Assembly: GCA_049294415.1 (NCBI GenBank)
Contig: JBAQCS010000047.1
Location: 1-52,882 of the forward strand
From: Patescibacteria group bacterium
GTDB taxonomy: Bacteria > Patescibacteriota > Patescibacteriia > Patescibacteriales > UBA12465
Direction of reading: 5' to 3'
Length of the DNA: 52,882 nt
The notes beneath the pieces were generated by a model that was given only the letters and a program-made list of their open reading frames with translations, was not told where the DNA came from and did not search any database. Of this stretch, positions 52,090 to 52,882 are shown piece by piece. A program made the position numbers and the translations under genes. How positions within the stretch are numbered: the stretch's first letter is position 1; every line of letters begins with the position of its first letter.

Positions 52090-52882
52090 AAATAGCCCTA
52101 ATCAACAATCTCTATAAGCCCTATCAAAAAGGCGGTGCTGAACGCATCGCTGAAATTATGAATAATGAGCTAAAAGCTCTAGGTCATGAGGTTTTTGTTA
52201 TTAGTACTCGACCTCCGCAACGAAATATTAACGAAGAAAAAAGTGTTTATTATTTACCATCTGGTTATAGCGATTTAAATAAACATTCTTATCTCTTTAG
52301 ATTGGTCTGGCAAATCGGCAATCTAATAAATATTAATAAATATTTAGCTATTAAGACTATTCTGACTGTCGAAAAACCAGAGCTAGTTATATCTCATAAT
52401 TTAATGGGGCTAGGATTGCTTACTCCTCTAGCCATTAAGCAAAGCGGGGCTCGACATATTCATATCCTGCATGATATTCAATTATTACATCCTGCTGGAC
52501 TTATGTATTTTGATAAGGAAAAGATTTTAAATTCTTTGGCTGCAGAAATTTATCAAAGTGTGAGCCACTACTTTTTTTCTTTTTCTAAAAACAAAATTAT
52601 CATCTCCCCTTCACAGTGGTTATTAGATTTACACCAAAAATATAATTTATTCAAAGATTGCCCAGCTTTTGTTGTTCCTAATCCCTTATTACTTAACGCT
52701 AATGATAAAACAATAACTAAAGAAAAGGTTTTTAGTTTTATTGGGCAATTAGAATATCATAAAGGGGTAGATTTATTTATTGCCATGGCACCGCTGTTTC
52801 CTGATTATAAATTTATCTTAGTAGGAGACGGTTCTAAAATGCCAGAAATAGTCCAGAAAAAAATTAATAATCTAGAAATAAC
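52086..52882 (+). CDS. glycosyltransferase family 4-like (3' end runs off the right window edge)
   Basis: Its ATG at 52086 overlaps the previous TGA (ATGA). My translation: MKIALINNLYKPYQKGGAERIAEIMNNELKALGHEVFVISTRPP..., a typical GT-B N-terminal domain. Confidence 0.75.
   Translation, partial: MKIALINNLYKPYQKGGAERIAEIMNNELKALGHEVFVISTRPPQRNINEEKSVYYLPSGYSDLNKHSYLFRLVWQIGNLININKYLAIKTILTVEKPELVISHNLMGLGLLTPLAIKQSGARHIHILHDIQLLHPAGLMYFDKEKILNSLAAEIYQSVSHYFFSFSKNKIIISPSQWLLDLHQKYNLFKDCPAFVVPNPLLLNANDKTITKEKVFSFIGQLEYHKGVDLFIAMAPLFPDYKFILVGDGSKMPEIVQKKINNLEI

Noticed and set aside
1-52882. Search for tRNA, rRNA, CRISPR repeats, IS elements, integrases and long direct or inverted repeats
   Set aside because: The only intergenic gaps over 100 nt (2.6, 17.3, 17.8, 22.7-23.1, 24.8, 26.1, 29.5, 30.1, 37.5 and 40.7-40.9 kb) were read by eye. 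They contain promoters, terminators, L36, the 47-aa ORF or unclassified leaders. None shows a cloverleaf-type T-arm/acceptor pattern or regularly spaced repeats. A computational scan (tRNAscan-SE, Infernal/Rfam, repeat finders) is still needed to be definitive.

Overview
AT-rich (by eye about one-third G+C), very gene-dense bacterial chromosome segment, with most genes on the minus strand. Main content: the str/S10/spc ribosomal super-operon (rpsL-rpsG-fusA-[orf]-tuf-rpsJ ... rplO-secY, about 6.3-22.7 kb); a separate alpha-operon block (infA-rpmJ-rpsM-rpsK-rpsD-rpoA-rplQ-rplM-rpsI, 30.3-34.5 kb); four aminoacyl-tRNA synthetases (asnS, aspS, alaS, hisS); prfB; comEC; a [99-aa orf]-[TerC-like]-map-ruvX-recO operon; peptidoglycan genes (murB; mraY-ftsW-murG-murC); an ABC exporter; and a plus-strand glycosyltransferase operon. 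I saw no rRNA, tRNA, CRISPR array, transposase or integrase. Several traits fit a reduced-genome, CPR/Patescibacteria-like organism, but this placement is inference only. These traits are: no L30 gene between rpsE and rplO, short AlaRS and ComEC, RpoA without an alpha-CTD, low-complexity tails on many r-proteins, almost no Shine-Dalgarno motifs, and several -10 boxes 6-8 nt from the ATG (candidate leaderless mRNAs). UGA is used as a stop codon and RF2 is present, so the standard code 11 applies. The best candidates for undescribed biology are: (1) a GspE/PilB-like protein that keeps the P-loop and tetracysteine motif but has lost the catalytic Glu, His-box and Arg-finger positions, translationally coupled to a GT2/DUF2304-like/GT4/GT4 operon (48.8-52.9 kb); (2) a self-contained plus-strand cassette of two divergent paralogs of unknown function (37.6-38.8 kb), with a possible third relative on the other side of hisS; (3) a strongly promoted 47-aa hydrophobic peptide gene divergent from rpsL; (4) a Phd/YefM-like orphan gene between fusA and tuf; (5) a roughly 200-nt spacer with a terminator-like hairpin between rpsJ and rplC. 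All functional interpretations of the hypothetical genes are inference from sequence by eye. No database search was possible.
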